Shown one piece after another: positions 11,681 through 22,909 of a DNA stretch of 47,290 nucleotides; within the stretch, counting starts at the first letter, position 1, and each line of letters starts with the position of its first letter. The position numbers and the translations under genes are program-made. The notes under the pieces are model-generated. The model worked only from the letters and a program-made list of their open reading frames with translations. It was not told where the DNA came from and searched no databases. This DNA is from Chiloscyllium plagiosum (taxonomy: Eukaryota), in assembly GCF_004010195.1 (NCBI RefSeq), contig NC_057759.1, forward strand, positions 6,307,255-6,354,544. Direction: 5' to 3'.

Positions 11681-13859
11681 TAAAATCATTTATACAAATG
11701 ATGAAAAGCAATGGACTCAGCAGTGATCCTTGTAGCACATCAATTGTTACAGGCCTCCAGTCTGAAAAGCATCCCTCCAACACCACCCTCTGTCTTCTAC
11801 ATTTGAACAAGTTCTGTATCCAAATGACTAGTTCTCCCTGTATTCCATGTGATCCAATCTTGCGAACCAATTTCCCATGGGGAACCTTGTCAAACATTTT
11901 ACTGAAGGCCATATAGATCACATCCACTACTTTGCCCTCTCAGTTATCAATTCAAAAAAAACTCAGTCGAGTTAGTGATACAAGACTTTCCACACAGAAA
12001 GTCATGTTGACTACCCCTGATCAATCCTGGCCTTTCAAAAGATGTAATCCTGTCTCTCACAATCCCCTCAACTGTTTGCCTACTGTTGATGTTATGCTCA
12101 CTGTTCAATAGTTCCCTGGCTTTTCCTTACCACCTTTCCTAAATAGTGGCACCACATTAGCCAGCCTCCAGTCTTTTTGCACTTCACCTGTGACTATGGA
12201 TGATACAAATATCTCAGCAAGGGGCCCAACAATCACTTCCCTAGCTTATCACCATGTTTCAGGTCCACCTGATTGGGTGCTCGTGCTTTATCCACCTTTT
12301 CTGTTTAAAATCATCCAGCAGCACCTCCTCTGCATTATGGATATTTTTAAAGATGTCACTATCTGTTTCCCCATGTTCTGTATCTTCCATTTCCTCCTCC
12401 TCAGTAAGGACTCGCTTAGTATCTCCCATTTTTCCTTTTCTTCCACACATAGGCTGCCTTGCTAATCTTTGCTGGGCCCTCTTCTTTCCCTGGTTACCTT
12501 TTTGATCTTCATGTATTTATAAAATCTATTTGAATTCTCCTTAAAACTATTTGCCAAAGGTATGTTATGTCCCTTTTTTGCCCTCCTCATTTCCTTCTCA
12601 AATATATCCCTATTGCCTTTATACTCTTCAAAGGATTCACTCAACGTCTCCTGTATTTAAGTAACATATGCTTCCTTCTTGTTTGGACCAAAACCTCAAC
12701 TTCTTTTCTCATGCAGCTCTTCCTACACCTACCAGTCATGCCTTTCACCCGAACAGGAACATCCTGTCTCTGTACCCTCATTTTCTCATTTTTGAAGGCT
12801 TTTCATTTTTCAGCCATCACTTTGCCTGTGAACATCTGCCCTCAGTCAACTTTTGAAAGTTTTTGCACAATACTCTCAAAATTGGCCTTCCTCCAAATTA
12901 GAAATTTAACATTTAGATCTGGTCTATCCTTTTCCATCAGAGTTTTAAAACTAATAAAATTATGGTCGTTGGCCCCAAAGTGCTCCCCCACTGTCACATC
13001 ATTACATCACAAGAGTAGGTCAAGATTTTCACCTTGTCTAGAAGATTCATTCACATACTGAATCATAAACTTTTCTTGCACACACTTTCTGTCTAAACCA
13101 TGAACAATATGGCAGCCATAATCCATGTTTGGAATGTTAAAATCCCTCACCATTATTCCTGCAGATCTAAGATCTCCTGACAAATTTGTTTCTCAATTTC
13201 CTGCTGACTGTTAGGATGTCTACAATCCAATCCCAATAAAGTGATTAAACCCTTTATTATTTCTCATTTCCATCCAAATAATTTCCATGGAATATCCTCC
13301 CTCAGTAAAGGTGAGATCTTAACTCTTACCAAACATGTCACTCCCCATTTTCTCTTGCGGACCCCTCCCCCCATCCTTCCTATAACATTTGATTCCTGGA
13401 ACATTAAGCTGCCAGTTGTGTCATCCCCAAACCATGTCTCTGTAATTGCTATGATATCCCAATTCCAATCCCATTTTCTTAACCATGTCCTGAGTTCATC
13501 CTCCTTCCCTGTTAGGCCTCTTGCATTGAAATAAATGCAGTTTAAGTTATCAATCCAACCACATTCTCTGCTGTGTTCCTGTCTGCCCTGGATGTTTGAC
13601 TTACCGATTCGCCAGCCTCAGATTGATATCTTTGTTCACTATCTCCCCGGTTCCCACTGACCTCACCCCACGCTCACACCTTACGAGTTTAACCCGTCCC
13701 CAGTAGCTCAAGAAAATGTCCCTGGCAATATAGTGGATCCCTTCCAATTCAGGTGTATTCCATCCTTTTTCTACAAGTCATGTCTTCCCCAGAAGAGATT
13801 CCAATTATCCAAAAGTTTGAAGATCTCTCAAATTGAACCCCTTCACCGCCCGTGTAGGT

Positions 13860-14101
13860 GGGCAGCACGGTGGCACAGTGGTAAGCACTGCTTCCTCACA
13901 GCGCTCGAGACTCGGGTTCAATCCCCGCCTCAGGCGACTCTCTGTGTGCAGTTTGCACGTTTTCCCCGTGTCTGCGTGGTTTGCTCCGGGTTCCTCCCAC
14001 AATCCAAAAATATGAATGTAGGGGAATGGGTCTGGGTGATTTGCGCTTCAGCGGGTCGGTGTGGACTTGTTTCCACGCTGTAAATAATCTAATCTAATCT
14101 C
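13860..14101 (+). mobile_element. HE1-like SINE
   Basis: A box TGGCACAGTGG, B box GGTTCAATCC, (AATCT)n tail. Absent from the right arm near 28310. Confidence 0.85.
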
Positions 14102-14509
14102 TCCCCTGCTCCTGAGTTGGGCATTCCTCTGCTCTATCATCCTATTCCTACCCTCAGTCGTTCGTAGCAGCGGGAGTAATCTAGATATTACTACCGGAGA
14201 TCTTGCCTCTCTTCCTTATTCTTCCTTCGGAATCTCATCCCTTTCCCTTCCTGTGTAGTTAGTTCCAACGTGTACGCCCCTTTGTGAATATCCTGCACTC
14301 TCTCCGAGATATCCTTGATCCTGACACCAGGGAGACAACACACTATTCTGATTTCACGCTATCGGCCAGAGAGACGTCTGTCTGTGCCGCTGACAAAGAG
14401 ATTCGAGTTTTGTAATTTGTAAAAGGAGGACCTTCGAAATCGCAACTACTTCCATCTAAAAGGATAAAGGCAGCTGATGTCAGGGAACACGGCCTTAATG
14501 TCGGACAAG

Positions 14510-14730
14510 TTCCCCTCTAAGGCACTCACCATGCTGACTTGGAAATAAAACCACTTTCTTTCACTGTCACTGGATCAAGACCCTGGAACTTCTTATTCAT
14601 GGCATTGTGGGCAGCACATGGACAACAGCTGCTCCAGAAGGTGGCTCACCACCGCCTTCTCAAAGGGATGGAGAATAAATGCTTGGCTCAGCCAGCGACA
14701 TCCACGTTCCAGGAGTGAATAAACAAAAAC
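14510..14730 (+). mobile_element. LINE 3' end fragment (paralog about 27422-27870, -)
   Basis: WNS-like codons followed by the AATAAATGCT..GCCAGCGAC tail. Confidence 0.55.
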
Positions 14731-15376
14731 AGCTGGGGTCTCTCGTTGTGGCATACAATACATCACAAGGTTTCTATCTGCAGCATACATGACACTAAAA
14801 TCTGTCATTCACGATAAACTAAATCGAGTCCCAGAGATGTTATTGCACACCTAGTCTGACTTTTCCACGGGCCTCCTGACCCAGAAATAAGCTCTGACAC
14901 TGTGATGCAAGACTCTCTCCATCAGTTATTTTCTGCCTTCGTAAGAATGGTCCACTTATTCCCTCTCTCTGTATGATACTTTGGGCAAGGAGTTAAGATT
15001 AGTGGATATGGGGTCAGCAGGATTAAATACCACAGTTAACATTCGATCAGATGTGATGTTATCGAATGGGGGAGCACAGAGAATGGGCCGAGTGGCCGCC
15101 ACCTTCCCCGCCCCCTGATCAGATTGTGAGAGAGCCGGAGGGAGGAGTTATTAACATTACCCGGGAATGGGACAATGTCCCAGCTTGAAACGTTCTCTGC
15201 CCTTTCCCCCACAGCCCCAGTTCCTTTGGTCAAACTGGGAGAAAAGGGAATTGGGGAAATGACCAATTGATATTTGTTTTTTCGGGGAGTTTTTGGGAAA
15301 ACATCGCATGCGCAATACCTCATCGCACCCTCGCCTCCTCCAATACTGATTGTTCCCGACTAGAGGAGCGCATGCG

Positions 15377-15717
15377 TGAGGCCCTCCCCCAGCGCTGCCA
15401 TTGAGGAGCATTTACTCAGTGAGTGCAAGAGGTTTGTTTGAAACAGACCGCAATGGAGAGATCAGCGCCCAGGGAAGCGAGGGAACAGCAGGCTCCTTCC
15501 AGCAGCACATCGGGATGGGAGCCTGGGACACAGAGGGGGCTCCGAGACCGGGATTGATTCGGGGTGAGTTCAGGAGAATCGGGGGCTGTTTGTAAGAGGC
15601 CGAGCGGAGCAGGAACTGGTCCCGGAACTTGGAGTGAGCGGGCTGGGGGGAAGAGAGAGGCCTTTCTCTGGCTGTGTGTGGGCCTGCTGAGGGAGGCAGA
15701 GCGGGAAGAAGCTGCTG
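15377..15717 (+). other. Conserved element, copy 2 (donor GTGAGT at 15564-15569; NRF1-type motifs at 15304-15314 and 15368-15377)
   Basis: Reverse complement of copies 1 and 3, with a 1-bp deletion near 15574. Confidence 0.6.
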
Positions 15718-16212
15718 TGGGACATTCTTGTGGTTTGCAATCCCATAAACACGGATGGAAATTCATTGTTTGGCTTCTGTTTTACGCTGTTTAATGCGAA
15801 TAGACATTGAAATAAAAGACAGTAGAAACAAATGCGATAATCCTGTGTAGGATAAATATAGCAGGCACCGGATAAACGTCTCCATGTGAAATCATGCCTC
15901 GTATTTGTTTTTCAACAGTTAATAATGTATTGGGAGCTGGACACTGAACTGTGTACTCATCCCATTTGAGGAGATGTCCATATGTTGTTGAGTTTATTTT
16001 ATCTCACTGAAATGTTTTAGAATTTGGGAAACAGAAAAAAAACTGGAAGGAGCTCAGGGCTCGAGTGGAACCAGGATCCGCACTGTTCACCTTGCCCTGT
16101 TCAAAAACAAAGAATTATAATGATCATGACCTGAATATTGCATTGATCATTTGATATCTTCCTACTCAGCTGCGAGTGATTTACCGGAGCTCTCTCTTTT
16201 GTCTTTCTCCAG

Positions 16213-16267
16213 GCAAATATTTGATGGATCAATCCAAAGGTGACCAGCTGCTTCTCACACCCAGCAG
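16213..16267 (+). other. Putative exon 2 (55 nt) downstream of element copy 2
   Basis: Acceptor CTCTCTCTTTTGTCTTTCTCCAG|G and donor CAG|GTATAT. Confidence 0.45.
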
Positions 16268-16949
16268 GTATATTACCACTGTCGGAGAGGAGAAGGTCCT
16301 TTCCACTGTCTGAGTGGATTGAGTCACCCAGACATTGAGCTCCATTTCCAGAAGTACACATTCAATCCAAGAGTTAAACACAACTGACGATATATAAATG
16401 TATATTATTTTGCCCTGCTCTCAGTGCTTACCACCTCAGTGACAGTAAATTCCATTATTCAAAGCCAATTATCATTCATAAGATTAGAAGCAGGTTAGAC
16501 TGTATGCTTATAATAAATACACATTTATGAACTGCATTAAATCCATATGTAGATTTGGCATTTTTAAAAATTACAATCAATTTGAACAAACCGATCATGG
16601 TGTTACATGGTTATAACAAATATAAATATGAAGTGTATATTTGAGTGCAGATATAGAAGCAATGTTGGATATTTGAGTAATTGAGCAGGACAAAATTGTT
16701 CCAGGATTTGAACATCTTTCCTTCAGTAAGGTGTCTAGAACAGAACAAAACCAGCCTGGGTAACAGAAGGCCAACTCCCTTTGTCAAATGTATTTCTAAA
16801 TTCAGCTTCTGTTGCCTGTAAGGTGTAACACACATACAAAGAAATACCCAACAGAACAAAGATGCATCTCCAACATGATCTAATATTCTCCATTCAATAC
16901 TTGTGCTGTCACCGGAATTAATTTCTTTTCTGCTCTCCGCTTTGTATTA

Positions 16950-17130
16950 GGTGTTGGACTAGCTCAGTTGGCTGGATGGCTAGTTTGGAATGTGGAGTAA
17001 CATCGATAGCATACGTTTGAATCTCTCACTGGCTGAGGTTACCATGAAGGCCTGTCCTTCCCCACCTCTCCCTTTGTCTGAGGCATGATCACTCTCAGGT
17101 TAAACCACCATCTATCAGTTGTCACTCTCT
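16950..17130 (+). mobile_element. tRNA-derived SINE, decayed
   Basis: A box TAGCTCAGTTGG, degenerate B box GTTTGAATC, body GGCTGAGGTTACCATGAAGG...CAGGTTAAACCACCA. Confidence 0.55.
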
Positions 17131-17517
17131 CTCCCTCTCTCTGACACTCCAGGTGAGGTCTAACAAGTGTCTTGTACAAGTTCAACATCACCTCCCTGTT
17201 CTTGGACTCTAGGTCTGATTAATGAAGCCAAGGATGCTGTGTTTTTTATTAACCCCTCTCCCCCGGTTATGCCACCTTCACTGATCTGTGCACATAACCC
17301 CAGCTCCCTCTGTTCCAGCTCACTACCTTTAGAATTTTAACCCTTACTTTGTATTGTCTTTCCATTTCATTCATCCAATGTCCTTCACCAAATTTGTATT
17401 AAATCAATTTTTGTCTTTATTTTCTGATGTTGACGAATTAAAACCTATTTTGTAAGTCAAACTTCATTTTCTCCCTCCTAGTCATTTTGTTTCATTTCCT
17501 TGCTACTAACTAACAAA

Positions 17518-17798
17518 ACAATTCTGGTCTCCTTCCTATCGGAAAGATGTTGTGAAACTTGAAAGGGTTCAGAAAAGATTTACAAGGATGTTGCCAGGGT
17601 TGGAGGATCTGAGCTACAGGGAGAGGCTGGACAGGCTGGGGCTGTTTTCCCTGGAGTGTCGGAGGCTGAGGGGTGACCTTATAGAGGTTTACAAAATTGA
17701 GGGGCAAGGATAGGACAAATAGGCAAAGTCTTTTCCCTGGGGTTGGGGAGTCCAGAACTAGAGGGCATAGGTTTAGGGTGAGAGGGAAAAGATACAAA
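17518..17798 (+). mobile_element. Young CR1 ORF2 3' part running into the gap
   Basis: QFWSPSYRKDVVKLERVQKRFTRMLPGL...RRLRGDLIEVYKI. Confidence 0.9.
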
Positions 17799-18298
17799 NN
17801 NNNNNNNNNNNNNNNNNNNNNNNNNNNNNNNNNNNNNNNNNNNNNNNNNNNNNNNNNNNNNNNNNNNNNNNNNNNNNNNNNNNNNNNNNNNNNNNNNNNN
17901 NNNNNNNNNNNNNNNNNNNNNNNNNNNNNNNNNNNNNNNNNNNNNNNNNNNNNNNNNNNNNNNNNNNNNNNNNNNNNNNNNNNNNNNNNNNNNNNNNNNN
18001 NNNNNNNNNNNNNNNNNNNNNNNNNNNNNNNNNNNNNNNNNNNNNNNNNNNNNNNNNNNNNNNNNNNNNNNNNNNNNNNNNNNNNNNNNNNNNNNNNNNN
18101 NNNNNNNNNNNNNNNNNNNNNNNNNNNNNNNNNNNNNNNNNNNNNNNNNNNNNNNNNNNNNNNNNNNNNNNNNNNNNNNNNNNNNNNNNNNNNNNNNNNN
18201 NNNNNNNNNNNNNNNNNNNNNNNNNNNNNNNNNNNNNNNNNNNNNNNNNNNNNNNNNNNNNNNNNNNNNNNNNNNNNNNNNNNNNNNNNNNNNNNNNN
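17799..18298. other. Assembly gap (500 N)
   Basis: N run. Confidence 1.
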
Positions 18299-19400
18299 TT
18301 CAGGCGTCTGGTGGTGAGGGAGCGGCGGTGAAGGAGGCCCAGGACCTCCATGTCCTCGGCAGAGTGGGAGGGGGGAGTTGAAACGTTGGGCCACAGGGCA
18401 GTGTGGTTGATTGGTGCAGGTGTCCCAGAGATGTTCCCTAAAGCGCTCTACTTGGAGGCGTCCAGTCTCCCCAATGTAGAGGAGACTGCATCGGGAGCAA
18501 CAGACACAATAAATTATATTGGTGGATGTGCAGGTAAAATTTTGATAGATGTGGAGGGCTCCTTTAGGACCTTGGATGGAGGGGAGGGCGCAGGTTTTGT
18601 AATTCCTGCTGTCGTAGGGGAAGGTGCCAGGATGGGAGGGTGGGTTGTAGGGGGACATGGACCTGACCAGGTAGTCACGGAGGGAACAGTCTTTGCGGAA
18701 AGCGGAAAGGGATGGGGAGGGAAATATATCCCTGGTGGTGGGTGGGGTTCTGTCCCTGTTACAGTTGGAGGGGTGGGGTCTGAGGGCAGAGGTGCGGGAT
18801 GTGGACGAGATGCTTTGGAGGGCATCTTTAACCAAGTGGGAAGGGAAATTAGGGTCTCTAAAGGAGGAGGCCATCTGGTGTGTTCTGTGGTGGAACTGGT
18901 CCTCCTGGGAGCAGATACAGCGGAGGCGGAGGAATTGGGAATATGGGATGGCATTTTTGCAGGAGGTAGGGTGGGAAGAGGTGTAATCCAGGTAGCTGTG
19001 GGAGTCGGTGGGTTTGTAAAAAATGGTGTCAAGTTGGTCGTCATTAATAGAGATGGAGAGGTTCAGGAAGGGGAGGGAGGTGTCAGAGATGGTCCAGATA
19101 AATTTAAGGTGAGGGTGGAATGTGTTGGTGAAGTTGATGAATTGCTTAACCTCCTTGCGGGAGCACGAGGTGGCGCCAACGCACTCATCAATTAGCGGAG
19201 GAAGAGGTGGGGAGTGGTGCCAGTGTAATTACAGAAGATGGACTGTTCTACGTAGCCAACAAAGAGATAAGCATAGCTGGGGCCCATACGTGTGCCCATG
19301 GCTACCCCTTTGGTCTGGAGGAAGTGGGAGGATTCGAAGGAGAAATTGTTAAGGGTGAGGACCAGTTCGGCCAAACGAATGAGTGTGTCGGTGGAAGGGG
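18299..19400 (-). mobile_element. Penelope-like retroelement, RT plus GIY-YIG endonuclease fragment (disrupted)
   Basis: LTLNNFSF...GVAMGTRMGPSYAYLFVGYVEQS; FTCTSTNIIYCVCCSRCSLLYIGETGR..ERFREH. Confidence 0.92.
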
Positions 19401-19869
19401 ACGTCGGGAGAGGACGAAGCAGAGGGCCCCAAAACATTAACTCTGCTGTCTGTCAACAGGTGCTGCCAGACATGCTGGATTTTCTTTCAGCAATTTCAGC
19501 TTTTGTTTCCAGCCTCTAGCATCTGCAGTTTTATTTGTCAGGCTTTGACAGAGAATGGGTGTTTGGAATTCAAATGACTGTATGTGACAACTATTCATGA
19601 AAGGGTTAACTCTGTCCTGCCCAAACACTAATAAGTTAATAGCACTGTTTCATCCTGTAAATTGGTGACTTTTGTCTGATTTCCTTCTATCTCTGTATTT
19701 AACATCTATGTTATATATGATTTTGAAATGATGTTACAGTCTGATTTTCTTTTCCATCTTGATTTTAACTTTAAAAATGTCACATTAAATATAGATTTAA
19801 TGCCTTTCCCAGGCATCTATTTCTGATAAGAATTCAGTCTAAACGCCTTGAAAAATGCTGTATATATCG

Positions 19870-22390
19870 ATGGGCTTCATGATATTAGGCAAGAACTTTC
19901 AAAAGCTGATTGACAGATGTTCGCAGTTAAATGGATGGCTTGAAATGGGAAACCTTCAAAAATGAAATAACAAGAGTTCCTGTTAGGGTGAATGGCAAGT
20001 CTGGAAAGTGGAGGGAAGGCTGGATGATGGAGAAATTGAGGTTTTGGTTAAGAGAAAGAAGGAAACATATGTCAGGTATAGACAGCAGAGATCGAGTGAA
20101 TCCTTAGAAGAAGAAAAGGCAGCGGGAGTACTTAAGAGGGAAATCAGGAGGGCAAAAAGGGGATATGAGATAGTTTTGGCCAATAGTTTTAAGGAGATTC
20201 CCAAGGGATTTTATGAATACATTAAGGACAAAAGGGTAACAAGGGAGAGATTAGGGCCTCGCAAAGATCAGCAAGGCAGCCTTTGTGTGGAGCTGCAGAA
20301 GATGGGAGAAGATACTAAATGAGCATCTTGCATCAGTGTTTACTGTGGAAAAGGACATAGAAGATATACAATGTGGGGAAATAGATGGTGACATCTCATA
20401 AAATGTCTATATTATAGATGAAGAAGTACTGTATATGTATTGAAATGCATCAAGGTGGAAAACTCCCCAGGGCCTGATCAGACGTACTCTAGAGTTCTGT
20501 GGGAAGTTACGGAAGTGATTGCTGAGATTATTTTTATCATCGATAGTCACAGGTGAGGTGCCAGAAGACTAGAGGTTGGCTAACATGGTGCTAGAATTTA
20601 AGAAAGGTGGTAAGGAAAATCCAGGGAACTTTAGGCAGTTGAGCCTGCCATCAGTGTTGGCAAGATGTTGGAGGGAATCCTGAGGGACAGACCTTACACG
20701 TATTTCGACAGTCAAGGACTGGTTTGGGACAGTGAACATGACTTTGTGCATGGGAAACCATGACACTCAAACTAATTTGAGGTTTTTGAATAAGTAACGA
20801 AGAGGATTTCCCCATGGGAGACTGGTTAGCAAGGTTAGATCTCATGGAATACAGGGAGAACTCACCAGTTGGATACAGAACTGACTCAAAGATAGAAGAC
20901 AGAGGGTGGTAAAGGAGGGTTGTTTTTAAGATTGGAGGCCTGTGACCAGTGGAGTGCTACAAGGATCGGTGCTGGGTCCACTACTTTTCATTGTTTATAT
21001 AAATGCTTTGGATGTAAGCATAGGACCTATAGTAAGTAAATTTGCAGATGACACCAAAATCGGAGAGTAGTGGACAGCGAAAAAGGTTACCTCAGATTAC
21101 AACAGGATCTTGATCAGATGGGCCAATGGGCTGAGGAGTGGAAGATGGAGTTTAAATCAGATAAATGAGAGGTGCTGTATTTTGGGAAAGCAAATTTTAG
21201 CAGGATTTATGTATTTAATGTGAAGCTCCTAGGGAATGTTGCTGAACAAAGAGATTTGAGTGCAGGTGCATAGTTCCTTGAAAGTAGAGTCATTTGATAT
21301 GCTTTCCATTATTGGTCAGAGTTTTGAGTACATGTTGCGGCTGTACAGGACATTGGTTAGGCCACTGTTGGAATATTGCGTACAGTTCTGGTCTCCTTCC
21401 TATCAGAAGGATGCTGTGAAACTTGAAAGGGTTCAGGAAAGATTAACAAGGATGTTGCCAGAGTTGGAGGATTCAAGTTAGAAGGAGAGGCTGAACAGAC
21501 TGGGCTGTTTTCCCTTGAGCGTCGGAGGCTGAGGAGTGACCTTATAGAGGTTTATAAAATCAAGAGGGGCATGGATAGGCTAAATAAACAAGGTATTTTC
21601 CCTGGGGTGGGGAGTCCAGAACTGGAGGGCATAGGTTTCGGGTGAGAGGTCCCTTTTAAATTTTGCCCCTAAGGGGAAACATTTTTATGCAGGTGGTGGT
21701 GTGTGTATGGAATGAGCTGCCAGAGGAAGTGGTGGAGGCTGGAACAATTCCAACATTTAAAGGCATCCGGAAGCGTGCATGAATAGGAACAGTTTAGAGG
21801 GAGATGGGCCAAGTGCTGGCAAACGGCACTAGTGCTGCCACATGGGACATCATTATTTTCGAATATCTGGTTGGCATGGATGAGCCAGACCGAATGGTCT
21901 GTTCCTGTGTGTGGTGTAAAATTCCAAGCAGTGGAATGTGGTGAAACGGTTAAAAATTATGTCCCAATACATGTGTGAATCTAACCGGAATGGAGGTGTT
22001 GCTTAGTCCCGTGTGAATCTTCTTATCTGTATGTAACCAGAATGGAATGTGTTTTTTAGCCTTGCTCTGCTGTTCACATGAATGTTTATATCTGGAAAAG
22101 AGTATATCAGCTGGAAAAGTCTCCAGTTCGGTGAGTCTGCTCCGGGGTTACGTTTAACCGCCGAGCGTGGGTTGTTGGCAACCGCTCTACGAGAACTGAC
22201 GGCTCCCAGTTTTGGTAACATGTAGAGGGAGTATAAGCCAGACCCGTTCTGGCGACGCTGCGGGGAATAAAATGCCCATATTCTAGCAGACTCGCCTCTT
22301 GGTCGTTTGTTCTGTGTCAGACTACTCTCCTACGAACCTGACCTTGAGAATTTTTTAAAACACTGTGCTGTCCATCTCTATAACTCTATG
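19870..22390 (+). mobile_element. Decayed 5'-truncated CR1, tail interrupted by a solo LTR
   Basis: KFADDTKI, LYRTLVRPLLEYCVQFWSP, tail ATCTCTATAACTCTATG. Confidence 0.9.
21910..22362 (+). mobile_element. Solo LTR (453 bp) with 5-bp TSD CTGTG
   Basis: TGT...ACA ends, imperfect terminal inverted repeat, TATAA near 22232, AATAAA at 22266-22271, CTGTG at 21905-21909 and 22363-22367. Confidence 0.85.
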
Positions 22391-22909
22391 GCTGTGAATT
22401 ATAACAATTATTGGCAAATGGGGTGATGTACATAAAGAATGGAGAGAGAAAAAAAAAATGTAATTCCTCCGAGGTAGTTGACTCTTGATTTGAAAATTTC
22501 TCTCTGGAAACTGAGTCAACGTGTGTTGAATTCAATCTGCTCTGTAACTGTGGAAAGGATGTTCTTCAGTCTGACTGCAGTAACATACCTGTTGTTTTTT
22601 AGAAGGAACTGATCACACTTAGCTTTGTACCAAGGACATATTACACTGTCTTGGTCCTTCAAGTAATTGTTTGGTGGAAGACAGAAGAGACATCGTCTGT
22701 AAATCAACATTAAGTCAATGAAATAATTTAATAATCATCAGGCTGTTTTTCCTTCAAGACAGCAATTCCAACAGGACCACAGGGCTGATTCTATTCTTGG
22801 CCTGAGCTGCTCTTTAGTGATTGTATCAAAACATTCTGTACCAATTCACTGAGAACCAATACTAACCAACACCTCTACAAATGGGATAATCTGATGCCAG
22901 TGCGTGTCT

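Larger units (their letters stand above)
11005..14395 (-). mobile_element. Decayed CR1 LINE (ORF1 esterase-like part, endonuclease, RT) with nested inserts
   Basis: DVIYMAFSKMFDKVPHGKL..QGSLLSPLLF; FLDNWNLFWGR..HLNWKG. Confidence 0.88.

Noticed and set aside
13860..13935. tRNA gene (also about 16955-17030)
   Set aside because: The A/B boxes continue into SINE bodies and tails, so these are tRNA-derived SINE heads.
15377..15717. Conserved element as 7SK, 7SL, RNase P/MRP or telomerase RNA
   Set aside because: It lacks their hallmark sequences as I recall them (no CTAACCCT template, no 7SK or 7SL 5' ends). An Rfam search is still needed.
17510..18874. 454-aa and other ORFs spanning N runs (also 24707-25254)
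   Set aside because: Artefacts of translating through assembly gaps.
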